Assembly: GCF_963921235.1 (NCBI RefSeq)
Contig: NC_086108.1
Coordinates: 63,304,001 to 63,368,000 of the forward strand
Direction: 5' to 3'
DNA length: 64,000 nucleotides
From: Mobula hypostoma
Lineage: Eukaryota
Shown here: piece by piece, positions 37,101 through 49,600 of the stretch
Position numbering within the stretch: position 1 is the stretch's first letter
Layout of the letters: every line of letters begins with the position of its first letter
Notes under the pieces: model-generated
Databases searched by the model: none
Told to the model about the DNA's origin: nothing
Seen by the model: the letters and a program-made list of their open reading frames with translations, nothing else
Translations under genes and position numbers: made by a program

Positions 37101-40100
37101 ACACTTCACCTGTGAGTCGGCTGGGGTGATATACTGTCTCCGGTGCTCCCGATGTGGCCTTCTATATATTGCCGAGACCCGACGCAGACTGGGAGATCGT
37201 TTTGCTGAACACCTGCGCTCTGTCCGTCAGAGAAAATAGGATCTCCCAGTGGCCACTGAGGACTGGTTCATGGACCTGTAGTTTCCTCCTCCTGAAGTCA
37301 ATTGTCATTTTCTTCGTCTTGCTGACATTGAGTGAGAGGTTGTTGTTGTGGCACCACTCAGGCTGATTTTCAACTTATTTCCTATATGCTGATTCATTAC
37401 CATCTTTGATTTGGCCAACAGCAGTGGTATCGTCAGCAAATTTAAATATGACATTCGAGCTGTACTTAGCTTCACAGTCATAATTATAACGTGAGCAGGG
37501 GGATAAGCACACAGCCTTGTGGTGCACTTCTGCTGATGGAAACTCTGGAGGAGTTGTTGTTGATAACTCAAACTGACTGGCCTGCAAATGAAGAAACCTA
37601 GGATCCAGTTGCATAAGGAGGTATTGAGGCTAAGGTCTTGAACTTTTGATGGATGATAGTATTGAATGCTGAACTTTAGTCAATGAAGAGCATCTGGATA
37701 TATGCATCTTGGCTGTCCAGGTGTTTCAGAGTTGAGTGAAGAATCAATGAAATAACATCTACTGTTAATCTGTTGTGATGGTTGACAAATTAGAGTCAAT
37801 CCATTTCACTTCTTAGGCAGTTAATATGTATCATCATTAGCCTTTTAAAGAACTTCATCACAGTGGATGTAAGTGCTATTGGATGACCTTAAAACCTTAC
37901 AGCAGAACTGCCTCATTCTGATACAGAGTCCTGAAGGTTGCAACATGCCAAGACAGGGGTTGAGGTATTGTTCTTCAAGTTCACATTGGACCTATCTGGA
38001 ACAGTCTCAGAGCCTATTATGTTTTTAGACTTGATTGTGAAAGTAGAAGTGTAGGCTCATGTAGGCACTGAATCTCAAGAGAGAGAATTTGTAGAATGTC
38101 TACGAGATGGCTTTTTAGAACAGATTGTTGCTGAGCCCACTAGGGGATCGGCTGTACTGGATTGGGTATTGCGTAAAGATCCAGAGATGATTAGAGAGAT
38201 TGCGGTGAAGGAACCCTTAGGAGGCAGTGATCAAAACATGATTGAGTTTACTGTGAAATTTGAGAAAGAGAAGCCGAAATCCGATCTGTCGGTATTTCAG
38301 TGGAATAAAGGAAATTACAGTGGCATGAGAGAGGAACTGGCCAAACTTGACTAGAAAGGGACACTAGCAGGAAGGACGGCAAAGCAGCAGTGGCTGGAGT
38401 TTATGCGAGAAGTGAAGAAGGTACAAGACAGATATATTCCAAAAAAGAAGGAATTTTCGAATGGAAAAAGGATGCAACCGTGGCTGACAGGAGAAGTCAA
38501 AGCCAAAGTAAAAGCAAAGGAGAGGGCATACAAGGAAGCAAAAATTAGTGGGAAGACAGAGGATTGGGAAGTTTTTAAAAGCTTACAAAAGGAAACTAAG
38601 AAGGTCATTAAGAGAGAAAAGATTAACTATGAAAGGAAGCTAGCAGCTAATATCAAAGAGGATACTAAAAGCTTTTTCAAGTATATAAAGAGTAAAAGAC
38701 AGGTGAGAGCAGATAAAGGGCTGATAGAAAATGATGCTGGAGAAATTATAATGGGAAATAAGGAGATGGCGGAGGAACTAAACGAGTACTTTGCATCAGT
38801 CTTCACTGAGGAAGACATCAGCAGTATACCAGACACGCAAGGGTGTCAGGGAAAAGAAGTGTGCATAGTCACAATCACAACAGAGAAAGTGCACAGGAAG
38901 CTGAATAGTCTAAGGGTAGATAAATCTCCCAGACCAGATGAAATGCACCCTCGTGTTCTGAAGGAGGTAGCTGTGGAGATTGCAGAGGTATTAGCAATGA
39001 TCTTTCAAAAGTCAGTAGATTCTGGCATGGTTCCGGAGGACTGGAAGATTGCAAATGTCACTCCGCTATTTAAGAAGGGGTCAAGGAAGCAAAAAGGAAA
39101 TTATAGACCTGTTAGCTTGACATCAGTGGTTGGCCAGTTGTTGGAGTCGATTGTCAAGGATGAGGTTACGGAGTACCTGGAGGCATATGACAAGATAGGC
39201 AGAGCTCAGCATGGTTTCCTTAAAGGAAAATCCTGCCTGACAAACCTATTGCAATTTTTTGACGAAATTACAAGTAGACTAGACAAGGGAGATGCAGTAG
39301 ATGTTGTGTATTTGGATTTTCAGAAGGCCTTTGACAAGGTGCCGCACATAAACAAGATAAGAGCCCATGGAATTTAGGAAAAGTTACATACGTGGATAGA
39401 GCATTGGGTGATTGGCAGGAAACAGAGAATGGGAATAAAGGGATCCCATTCTGGTTGACTGCCGGTTACCAGTGGTGTTCCACAGGGTCTGTGTTGGGGT
39501 CGCTTCTTTTTATGTTGTACATCAACGATTTGGATTATGGAGTAGATGGCTTTGTGGCTAAGTTTGCTGATGATACAAAGATAGGTGGAGGGGCCGGTAG
39601 TACTGAGGAAACGGAGTCTGCAGTGAGACTTGGATAGAATGGGAGAATGGGCAAAGAAGTGGCAAAATGAAATACAATGTTGAAAATTGTATGGTCGTGT
39701 ATTTTGGTAGAAGAAATAAATCGGAAGACTATTATTTAAATGGGGAGAGAATTCAAAGTTCTGAGATGCAACGGGACTTGGGAGTCCTCGTGTAGGATAC
39801 CCTTAAGGTTAACCTCCAGGTTGAGTCGGTGGTGAAGAAGGCGAATGCAATTTTGGCATTCATTTCTAGAGGAATAGAGTATTGGAGCATGGATGTGATG
39901 TTGAGGCTTTATAAGGCACTGTTAAGACCTCACTTGGAGTACTGTGTGTAGTTTTGGGCTCCTTATTTAAGAAAGGATGTGCTGACTTTGGAAAGGGTTC
40001 AGTCTGTTCTTGGACTGTACTCCTTGGAGTTTAGAAGAATGAGGGGGGACCTCAGAGAAACATTTCGAATGTTGAAAGGCATGGACAGAATGGATGTGGA

Positions 40101-43100
40101 AAAGTTGTTTCCCATGGTGGGGGAGTCTAGTACGAGAGGGCATGACTTAAGGATTGAAGGGCGCCCATTCAGAATAGAGATGCGAAGAAATTTTTTTAGC
40201 CAGACGGTGGTGAATCTGTGGAATTTGTTGCCATGGATGGCAGTGGAGGCCAAGTCATTGGGTGTATTTAAGGCAGAGATTGATAGGTATCTGAGTAGCC
40301 AGGGCATCAAAGGTTATGGTGAGAAGGCAGGGGAGTGGGACTAAATGGGAGAATGGATCAGCTCATGATAAAATGGCGGAGCAAACTTGATGGGCCGAAT
40401 GGCCGACTTCTGCTCCTTTGTCTTATGGTCTTATGGTCTAAGAGCTAACTTGGAAATATGTTTCCAAATAAGGCTATGTTGGGAACCAAAACACCCAAAA
40501 ATAAATAAGAATGAATGCAGGGAATATGAACTGAGAACAGATAACTTTAAGTAAGGAATCTAAACAGCAGGAAGGTCCAAAGTAATAATTTGTTTAAACA
40601 AGCAATTTTCTGTTTGTTTTTCTTCAAACATATGCAGACTTAAAAATCAGCGTGTGCAGGAACTGCAACATCAAGTGGAAGATCTCCAGCGATACTTGCA
40701 GGAGCAAGGCACTAAGCCCGAAGATGTGAGTGAGTGAAAGTAAATTAAGATTAAATTACGTTTAAAATAGAAAATATAGTTTATTGGACTTACCTTGTTG
40801 GAGAACATTTTTCAGAATTTATGACAGAGCAAGTGTTGAATCGATGTGTGATGTTGGGTGGAGATGTGTCTCTACCAAAGGAGGTGGGAGGCATTCCTTC
40901 CCTCCACTAGCCTGCAGGTCACCCATGAGGAAGTTAGCCCTGCTTAGTCCCTCTGATCAGGGTCACATGAAGCCGTGGGAACAGGTGGTGGACAGGCGAA
41001 TGAGCAGCTGTTGCATATCGCAAGTGCTGGTCATGCTACCACTGATGCCAGGCAGTCAATCTCTGAAGAGTACTGATAATGGTTCTGTCACCTGTTTTCT
41101 AAAGCCACTACCCAGAAGAAAGTAATGGCAAATGACTTCTGTAGAAAAACAAACATGAAAAAATTTGCAGATGCTGGAAATCCAAGCAACACACACAAAA
41201 TGCTAGAGGAACTCAGCAGGTCAAGCAGTGTCTATGGAAAAGAGCAAGCACTCGACGTTTTGGGCCAAGACCCTTCATCAGGACTGCAAAGAAAGAGGAG
41301 AAGTCAGGGCAAGATGGTGGGGAGTAAAGAGTGGGAAAGTTGATTGGTGAAAGAGATAAAGGGCTAGAAAAGAGGGAATCTGATAGGAGAGGATAGAAGA
41401 CTATGGAATAAAGGGAAAGATGAGGAACACCAGAGAGAGGTTATGGGCAGATAAGGAGAAAAATTTGCCAAGAACAATCATAAACATGGAAAAACCATGA
41501 TCGCCCATGTCATATTACACAGCGCATAACGTACCAACAATATGTGATGTTGGATGCTGACTATTGTGAATCTTTAGAATGGTAATAACAAATTGGGTGC
41601 CAGAGGAAGTCTCAACTTTTTACAATCTATATTAATTATTTAGATAATGGAACCAAGTCTTTTAGAGCCAAATAGGCTGATGATGCAATTCTATCCACTT
41701 ACCTTTGATCTCCTGCTATCTCCTTTTGTTGTCCTCACTGCTTGCAGAATCATCAGACTTCACAGATATTTTATTCTGCGTGTTCATATACAAATCATTA
41801 ATCTATATCAGAGCAATAGTGGCCATCACACTATCACTGCTCTGTACCAACCCACATTCAAAACACAGAACTAGAATCATACAGCGTAGTATAGACACTT
41901 AGGCCCATGCTAGTCATTTAAACTCTATTGTGTCTTGAAGTTCAACCTTCCAAAGTGAATCACTTCACACTTTTATTGGACTGAACTTCATCTGACTCCT
42001 CTCAGCCCAGTTCTGCTTCCTATCGATGTTCCATTTTAACCTACAACAAGCCTGCTAAACATTCCACACCAGCACCAACCCTTGTGTCATTGTAAATACA
42101 GCCATATATCTTTTTATTAAGTAAATTATTTGTCCATTTTGTCATTGTCTCATTTATTTCCTGGGCTTTAGTATTGTTAACCAACCATTTTATATGAGAG
42201 ATTGTCTTCCGACAAGGCAGTATTCGAGAGCACATGCAGACAGTAGGTATTGTGCCCTTTTCATATAACTTGTATACAATGAGGAGAAACCTCATATAGA
42301 TTTGTCACATACGACACACCTGTTGTGGCTCTCTATAATTCGCTCAAAATTTGTAAGTGCCTGTTTTCTTTCCTTCACTTGTGGTAGGCAAACTTTAGGC
42401 AACATAGTTACAATCACCAGCTAGAGTTTCCAGATACGGACTTCTACCCTTGTGTGACCACTGGTGATGTCTGTTAGTTGCCAGACCTGATTTGTCTTCC
42501 ATGTTTATTGACATCTATTAGTCGATTTATGATGAAGGAAGTAGACCTGCACTACTTTTATATAACACAGAAATGAGTAGAATTACAAACGTACATCAAA
42601 TGCACATTGTCGCAGGATTCATTTTGCAGCAGTGTGCATTTTATATGGTTGACAGCAGTATGTATTGATGAGTGTATATTGAAATGTTCATAAAATATAT
42701 CTTGGAAATTCTAAAACATGAGGAAGGTATTTGAATTAAAATCAACTCTCTGGGGAATTTAATTATTTTCATATTGCAAGTACGCAATCTTGATGTCCTT
42801 CAGCAGCCTATGTTTTCCTATCATTTGCCATTGACCTTAAGAAAGAGGTATAGGAAAAGTCAATAGTTTAGTTATAATTACATCTGAAGTTGGTACATTT
42901 TCACTAATGTATTAATCATGACATGTTTCTGCATTTGTAGCTTCTTGTGATAACTGCTTTATGAATGACTGCAGTCTGTAGGATGACTGTAAACATAATT
43001 ATTTCATCTTAATCTGATTTGTATCGCTATAAAATCAATGTTGACTTGTTCATTAGCACATATTTGTGTTCATTAGCATAGATTTGATTAAATGTATTTG

Positions 43101-43547
43101 AATTACACACTCCAAAGTCAGGGAGTATCATGTAAAAGTACTTGCATTGTCTTGTTTTACAGTGTAGTGAACTAAAGAAATTGGATGCACATCTGTAAGT
43201 AAACTTTTTAAAATGTTATTGTCTATTTAGTAGTTCCCAAACTATCACTGTGTCTAAAAGTATGTAGATTTAATTATAAAGGAGACATTATATACTGCAG
43301 ATGCTTACAAAAAACAAACTGCTGTAAGAACTCAGTGAGTTAGGCATCATCCGTGGAGGCAGAGGTACAAATGATATTTCAAGTCAAAATCCTGCATCAG
43401 GGCAGATTCAATTACAGTATTGGAATCCGGTTTAATATCATCGAAATATGATGTGAAATTTGTAGTTTCGCGGCAGCAGTACATTGCAATACATAATAAA
43501 AACTGTACATTACAATAAATGTATGTATGTATTAATGTGTGTGTGTA

Positions 43548-43585
<38 letters not shown>

Positions 43586-43586
43586 G

Positions 43587-43632
<46 letters not shown>

Positions 43633-46600
43633 GTTTCTTCTGTTCCTTATCTAATATTATGTCTGGTTGGTTTGCCAGTACTGCTGATCAGTCTGTATAT
43701 GGAAGTCCCACAGGATCTTAGCTCTGCAATTCTCCACTACTTTCTCGGATATTTCCCGTTCGGACTTGAGAGTGCCCAATCCATACTCAGCGCAGATGTT
43801 CCCGCACACAATTCCTGCAACTTGGTTTGCCGTTCGGTGTACCTGTATGCTGTCCCTGCCTGCATCTCGCTACTATGTGTTGGATAGTTTCACTGGATTC
43901 CCTGCACAATCTGCATGTTGGTTCTTATCTGGTGTGATCGAGCCCTGCTTCTTTGTCTCTGGTGCTCAGCACCTGTTCTTGTGCAGCCATGAGCAGAGCC
44001 TCAGTGCTGTCCCTCAGCCCTGCCATTTCCAGCCATTGGTAGGACTTTCTTACGTCAGCCACCTCTGATCTGGCAATGGTACATCCCGCGCAGTGGCTTG
44101 TCCTGTCAGGCCTCTGGAACAGCGAGGATACTGCACTGAATCCTCAAGCTCCCAGCCCTAGGAAGAGGACCTGAGATTGAAGGGAAAGTACACGTACACA
44201 CCACCCTTAAGGGGTGAGAAAAAATTATTTAAATTAAATAAATAGTGCAAAGAGAGAGGAAAAAGAAAATCGTGTCATATGTTCTCCATCCATTTGGAAT
44301 TCCGATGGTGGAGGGAAAGAAGCACTGACTGTGTATGTTCAGGTTCCTGTAGCACCTCCTTGATGGTAGTAATAAGATGAGCACATGTCTTAGTCATTAT
44401 TGATCCTGGGGGCAATTTGTTTTTGTTACAGTTGCACCATAAATAATTAAAGAGTAATAAAACCATAAATAGTTAAATAGTAATATGTAAATATGTAAAT
44501 TATGCCAGGAAATAAGTCCATGACCAGCCTATTGGCTCAGGGTGTCTGACCCTCCAAGGGAGGAGTTGTAAAGTTTGATGGCCACAGGCAGGAATGACTC
44601 CCTATGACGCTCAGTGCTGCATCTCGGTGGAATGAGTCTCTGGCTGAATGTACTCCTGTGCCCAACCAGTACATTATGTAGTGGATGGGAGACATTGTCC
44701 AAGATGGCAGGCAACTTGGACAGCATCCTCTTTTCAGACACCACCGTGAGAGAGTCCAGTTCCATCCCCACAACATCACTGGCCTTACAAATGAGGTTGT
44801 TGATTCTGTTGGTGTCTGCCACCCTCAGCCTGCTGCCCCAGCACACAACAGCAAACATGATCACACTGGCCACCACAGACTCGTAGAACATCCTCAGCAT
44901 CGTCCGACAAATGTTAAAGGACCTTAGTCTCCTCAGGAAATAGAGACGGCTCTGACCCTTCTTGTAGACAGCCTCAGTGTTCTTTGACCAGTCCAGTTTA
45001 TTGTCAGTTCTTATCCCCAGGTGTTTGTAAACCTCCATCATGTCCACACTGACCCCCTGGATGGAAACAGGGGTCACCAATGCCTTAGCTCTCCTCAGGT
45101 CTATCACCAGCTCCTTAGTCTTTTTCACATTAAGCTGCAGATAATTCTGCTCACACCATGTGACAAAGTTTCCTACCATAGCCCTGTACTCAGCATCATC
45201 TCCCTTGCTGATGCATCCAACTATGGCAGAGTCATCCGAAAACTTCTGAAGATGACAAGACCTTGTGCAGTAGTTGAAGTCCGAGATGTAAATGGTGAAG
45301 AGAAAGGGAGACAAGACAGTCCCTTGTGGAGCCCCAGTGCTGCTGATCACGCTGTCGGACACACAGTGTTGCAAGCACACGTACTGTGGCCTGCCAGTCA
45401 GGTAATCAAGGGAGTCCGTAATGATGGATGCCGCCTTTTTGAAGCATTGCCATTTGAAGGTGTCTTGGATGCTGAGGAGGCTAGCACCCATGGTGAGACT
45501 GACTGAGCTTACAACGTTCTGCAGCTTTTTCCAGTCCTGTGCAGTGGCCTCTTCATACCAGTTAGAATGCTCTCCATGGTACATCTAGAGAAATTTACAC
45601 GTGTCTTTGCTAACATGCCAATTCTCCTGAAACTCCTAATGAAATATAGCCACTGTCTGTTTCCTTTGTAATTGCATCAATATGTTGGGCCCAGGATAAA
45701 TCCTGAAGAGATGTTGACAGCCAGAAACTTGAAACTGTTCGCCCTTTCCACTTCTTATCCTTCAATGAGGATTGGTGTATGTTCCCTTGACTTCCCAATC
45801 CTGAAGTCCACAGTCAATTCCTTGGTCTTACTGACGTATTGCTGTGACACCACTTAGCCAGCTGATCAATCTTGCTCCTGTATGTCTCCTCATCAGCATC
45901 AGAAATTCTGCCAACAATAATAGTGTCAGCAGCAAATTTATAGATGGTATTTGAGCTGTGCCTAGCCACACAATTGTGCGTGTAGAAAGTCGAGCAGTGG
46001 ACTAACCACACATCCTTGAGGTGTGCCAGTGTTGATTGTCAGCGAGGAGATGTTCTTTCCGATCTGCACAGATTGCATAAGTCAAGGATGTAGTTGGGTT
46101 GGGTGGTACAGAGGTCCAGGTTTTAGATATTGTTGATTAGAGCAGAGGGTATGATTGTGTTAAACGCTGAGCTTTATCCAATCAATAGTGGCCTGATGTA
46201 GATATTGCTATTGCCCAGGTGACCCACAGCTGAGTGGAGAGCCAGTGAGATTGTATCTGGGGCAAACCTATTGTGGCAATGGGAGAATTGCAGAGGGTCT
46301 AGGTCCTTGCTTAGGAAGGAATTGATTATAGCAATGACCAATCTCTCAAAGCCCTTCATCAAAGTAGATGTGAGTGCCACTGGGTGATAGTTGTTGAAGC
46401 AGCTCACCCTGTTCCTTCTTGGGCACTGGTATGATTGTTGCCCTTTTGAAGCATTGAGAGATTAAAGTTGTCTTTGAAAACTGTCGCCAGTTGGTTGGCA
46501 CAGGTTCTCAAAGCCCTACCAGGTATACCACCAGAGCATGACATCTTGGAAGGGTTCACCCTCTTGAAAAGTGTTCTAAAGTTGGCTCCTGAAACGTAGA

Positions 46601-49600
46601 TCATAAGGTCACCAGATGTCTGTAGTTTCAATTTTTTTTGCCTTGTCATAATCCAATCACTACAATATTACTTCTTGCACATATGCACCCATAAGCAAAA
46701 AGCACAACTAAAGAAGTCATGTTCTCTGCATTTGTCATTCCTATGTAACTTCCATGGTCAGGGAAAGCTCAAACTAGGCTGATCTCAATTGCTTTCTGCT
46801 TTATGTGGAAATGAGTAAGTCTCATAGCCTGCTGATAAATATTTAATTGCTCTGCATTCACATTTGTTCAAGCCTTTGACTTTAAAAGTTGTTTGTTGTC
46901 CAGCTGGACAGAATTGATCATGTGTCAAGCAAACTAGCCATCAATTCACCCAACATTTAGAAATAGTTTCTAAAGCTAGTAGAATGGATTTGTTTCACAG
47001 AATGAAGAAGAGTTTGAAATTTGTTTAAATATATCGGAGGTACTGGATGAAAAGTTGGAGTTTAATATATCTTTCATATGGGTTCTTAATGTTGAGGCAT
47101 TGAATAAAACACAAATTGTTTTATGTGGACTCTGTGTGATTTTTATCCATTAACACCTTTTGTCAGTGAGATTATATTGAGCAAGCAATGTTTTTCTCAC
47201 CCGGTTCCATTGCCCTTAGAAACTAAAGGACATAATATCAAGATAAAACATTGGTTTTTTAGGACACAGATTAGGAGACTGTGCATCTCTGTCGTTCAGT
47301 ATGACAGAGGGCTGTGGATTTTACGTTCAAGGTTATGATTGATCAGATATTAACAAATAGGGTGGACATGGGGAGGCAGTAGATGTTATTTAGTTGGCTT
47401 CTCAGAAGGCGTTTGATAAGGTGTCACACATGAGACTGCTTAACAAGATAAAATCCTGTGGCATTACAGGAAAGGTACTGGCATGGATAGCAGAATGGCT
47501 GACCGGATGCAGGCAGCAAGTGGGAATAACTGGGGCCTTTTCTCGTTGTCTGCCAGTGACCAGTGGTGTTCCTCAGGGGTCTGTGTTGGGATTGCAGCTT
47601 TTCACATCGTTTGGCAATGATTTGGATAATGGAATTGAAGGCTTTGTGGCAAAGTTTGCGGATGATACAAAGATAGGTGCAGGGGTAGGTAGTGCTGAGG
47701 AAGCAATGTCATTGCACTAGGACTGAGACTAATTGGAAAAATGGGCAAACAAGTGGCAGATGGAATACAGTGTTGGGAAATGTATGATAATACACTTTGG
47801 TCAAAGGAGCAACAATGTGGACTATTATCTAAATGGGAAGAAGGTTCAAACATTAGAGGTGCGAAGGATCTTAGGAGTCTTTGTGCAAGACTCCCAGAAG
47901 GTTAATGTACAGGTTGAGTTTGTGGTAAAGAAGGCAACTGGGGAATAGAAAATAAAAGCAAGAAGAATAGAATATAAAAGCAAGGAGATAATGTTGAGCC
48001 TTTATAAGGCACTAGTCAGGCCACACTTGGAACATTTTTATGCCCCATGTCTCAGAAAGGACGTGTTGTCATTGGAGAGAGTCCAGGGGAGGTTCACAAG
48101 GATGATTCCTGGAGTGAAAGAGTTAACATATGAGGAGCGTTTGGCAGCTTTGGGCCTGTACTCACTGGAATTTAGAAGAATGCTGCGGGATCTCATTGAA
48201 ACCTACTGAATGTTGAAAGGACCAGTTAGGGTGAATGTGGAGAGAATGTTTCCTATGGTGGGGGTATCCAGAACTAGAGGGCACAGCCTCAAAATTGAGG
48301 GATGACTCTTTAGAACAGAAGTAAGGAGGAATTGGTTTAGCCAGAGAATCTGTGGAGTGCTCTGCCACAGCCTGCCGTGGAGGCAAAGCTTGTACATATG
48401 TTTAAGGCAAAAGTTAATCGTTTCCTGATCAGTCAGGTCATCAAAGGATACGGCGAGAAGGCAATTGTATGGAGTTGAGTGGGATCTGGGGTCAACCATG
48501 ATGGAATGGTAGAGCAGACTCGATGGGCTGAATGACCTAATTCTGCTCCTATGTCTTATGGTCTAAAAGGATCAAAACATTTGTAACTTTTCACCTGCTT
48601 TCAGTTTAGTTTGTTGTACCTTGCAGCTACTGATAAAGTCAATAGGTTTGATGTTTTTTTCACAACTTGCTGCAAACAGTACTGAAAATGAAATTGGCAT
48701 GCGTGATGCAGATCAATGGCGATTTAAACTGAAAAAATTGTGGAGTAAATAGCTAAGTTCCAAGCAAGACTTTTTCATAGTTTAAATTGTTCAATATTTT
48801 GTTTTATAGAGAGAAGTTTCATGAAGCTCAAGATGAGCTACAGAAAAAGAATGAGCTTATTGAAGAATTACAGCATGAAATACAGCAGAGATGTAAGTAT
48901 AAACATCACTATATTAGAGAGATGTGTTGGCGCGTGGCCAAGTGGTTAAGGCGTTCATCTAGTGATCTGAAGGTCGCTAGTTCGAGCTTGGCTGAGGCAA
49001 CATGTTGTGTCCTTGAGCAAGGCACTTAACCACACATTGCTCTGCGATCACACCGGTGCCAAGCTGTATAGGTCCTAATGCCCTTCCCTTGGACAACATC
49101 GGTGGCGTGTAGAGGGGCGAATTGCAGCCGGTCTTCCATACAACCTTGTCCAGCCCTGCGCCCTGGACACCTTCCAAGGCGCAAATCCATGGTCTCACGA
49201 GACTAATGGACGCCTTAAAAAAAATTAGGGAGATCTAATCTTCCAAATAAATTGTCATAATGTTAACAAGAGTAAGCAAACTATAGGAGTAATGGAACAA
49301 AATAAGGATTGATAACAATTGTGCAAAAAGAAAAGCAGGTATGTCTTTGATCTTTCGCTAGGATTGGGAAGTGTTTTGTATGAGATCTGGAAAAGAAGGT
49401 GCAGAATAGAACAAAAACACAAAGTTCAAAGTAAAATTTATTAACAAAATACATAGATGTCACCACATATAACCCTGAGATGTTATTTCTTTTTCTGCAG
49501 GCATACTTAGTAAATCTATAGAAAAGTAACTATAAACAAGATCTATAAAGTGTAAGCATCAGGAACTGTAAACTAATCAAACTTCTAATACAGATATAAA

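Larger units (their letters stand above)
35545..37256 (-). mobile_element. Neptune-type PLE 3' part with 5' inversion (37080-37256), split by the CR1 at 35914-36878
   Basis: Colinear with 55340-55892; the inverted piece encodes [18 protein letters not shown] (GIY-YIG); possible TSD CTGAG. Confidence 0.88.
43415..46620 (-). mobile_element. Rex1/Babar-like LINE (host): pieces ~43415-43520, 44225-44389, 45410-46620
   Basis: [26 protein letters not shown] (46174..46407) and IYKFAADT (45814..46011); C-terminus and tail rejoin across two inserts. Confidence 0.78.

Noticed and set aside
40850..41140. HDV-like ribozyme at the 5' end of the RTE-related element
   Set aside because: I could not assign the nested double pseudoknot by eye; a descriptor search would be needed.
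44529..45584. 351-aa ORF as a single intact gene
   Set aside because: Chance in-frame fusion: the first ~57 codons come from the C-terminus of the older Rex1-like host and the rest from the nested element (junction ~45410).
48928..49000. tRNA gene
   Set aside because: No convincing cloverleaf or acceptor stem; it continues into a CORE block, A tail and TSD, so it is a SINE head.
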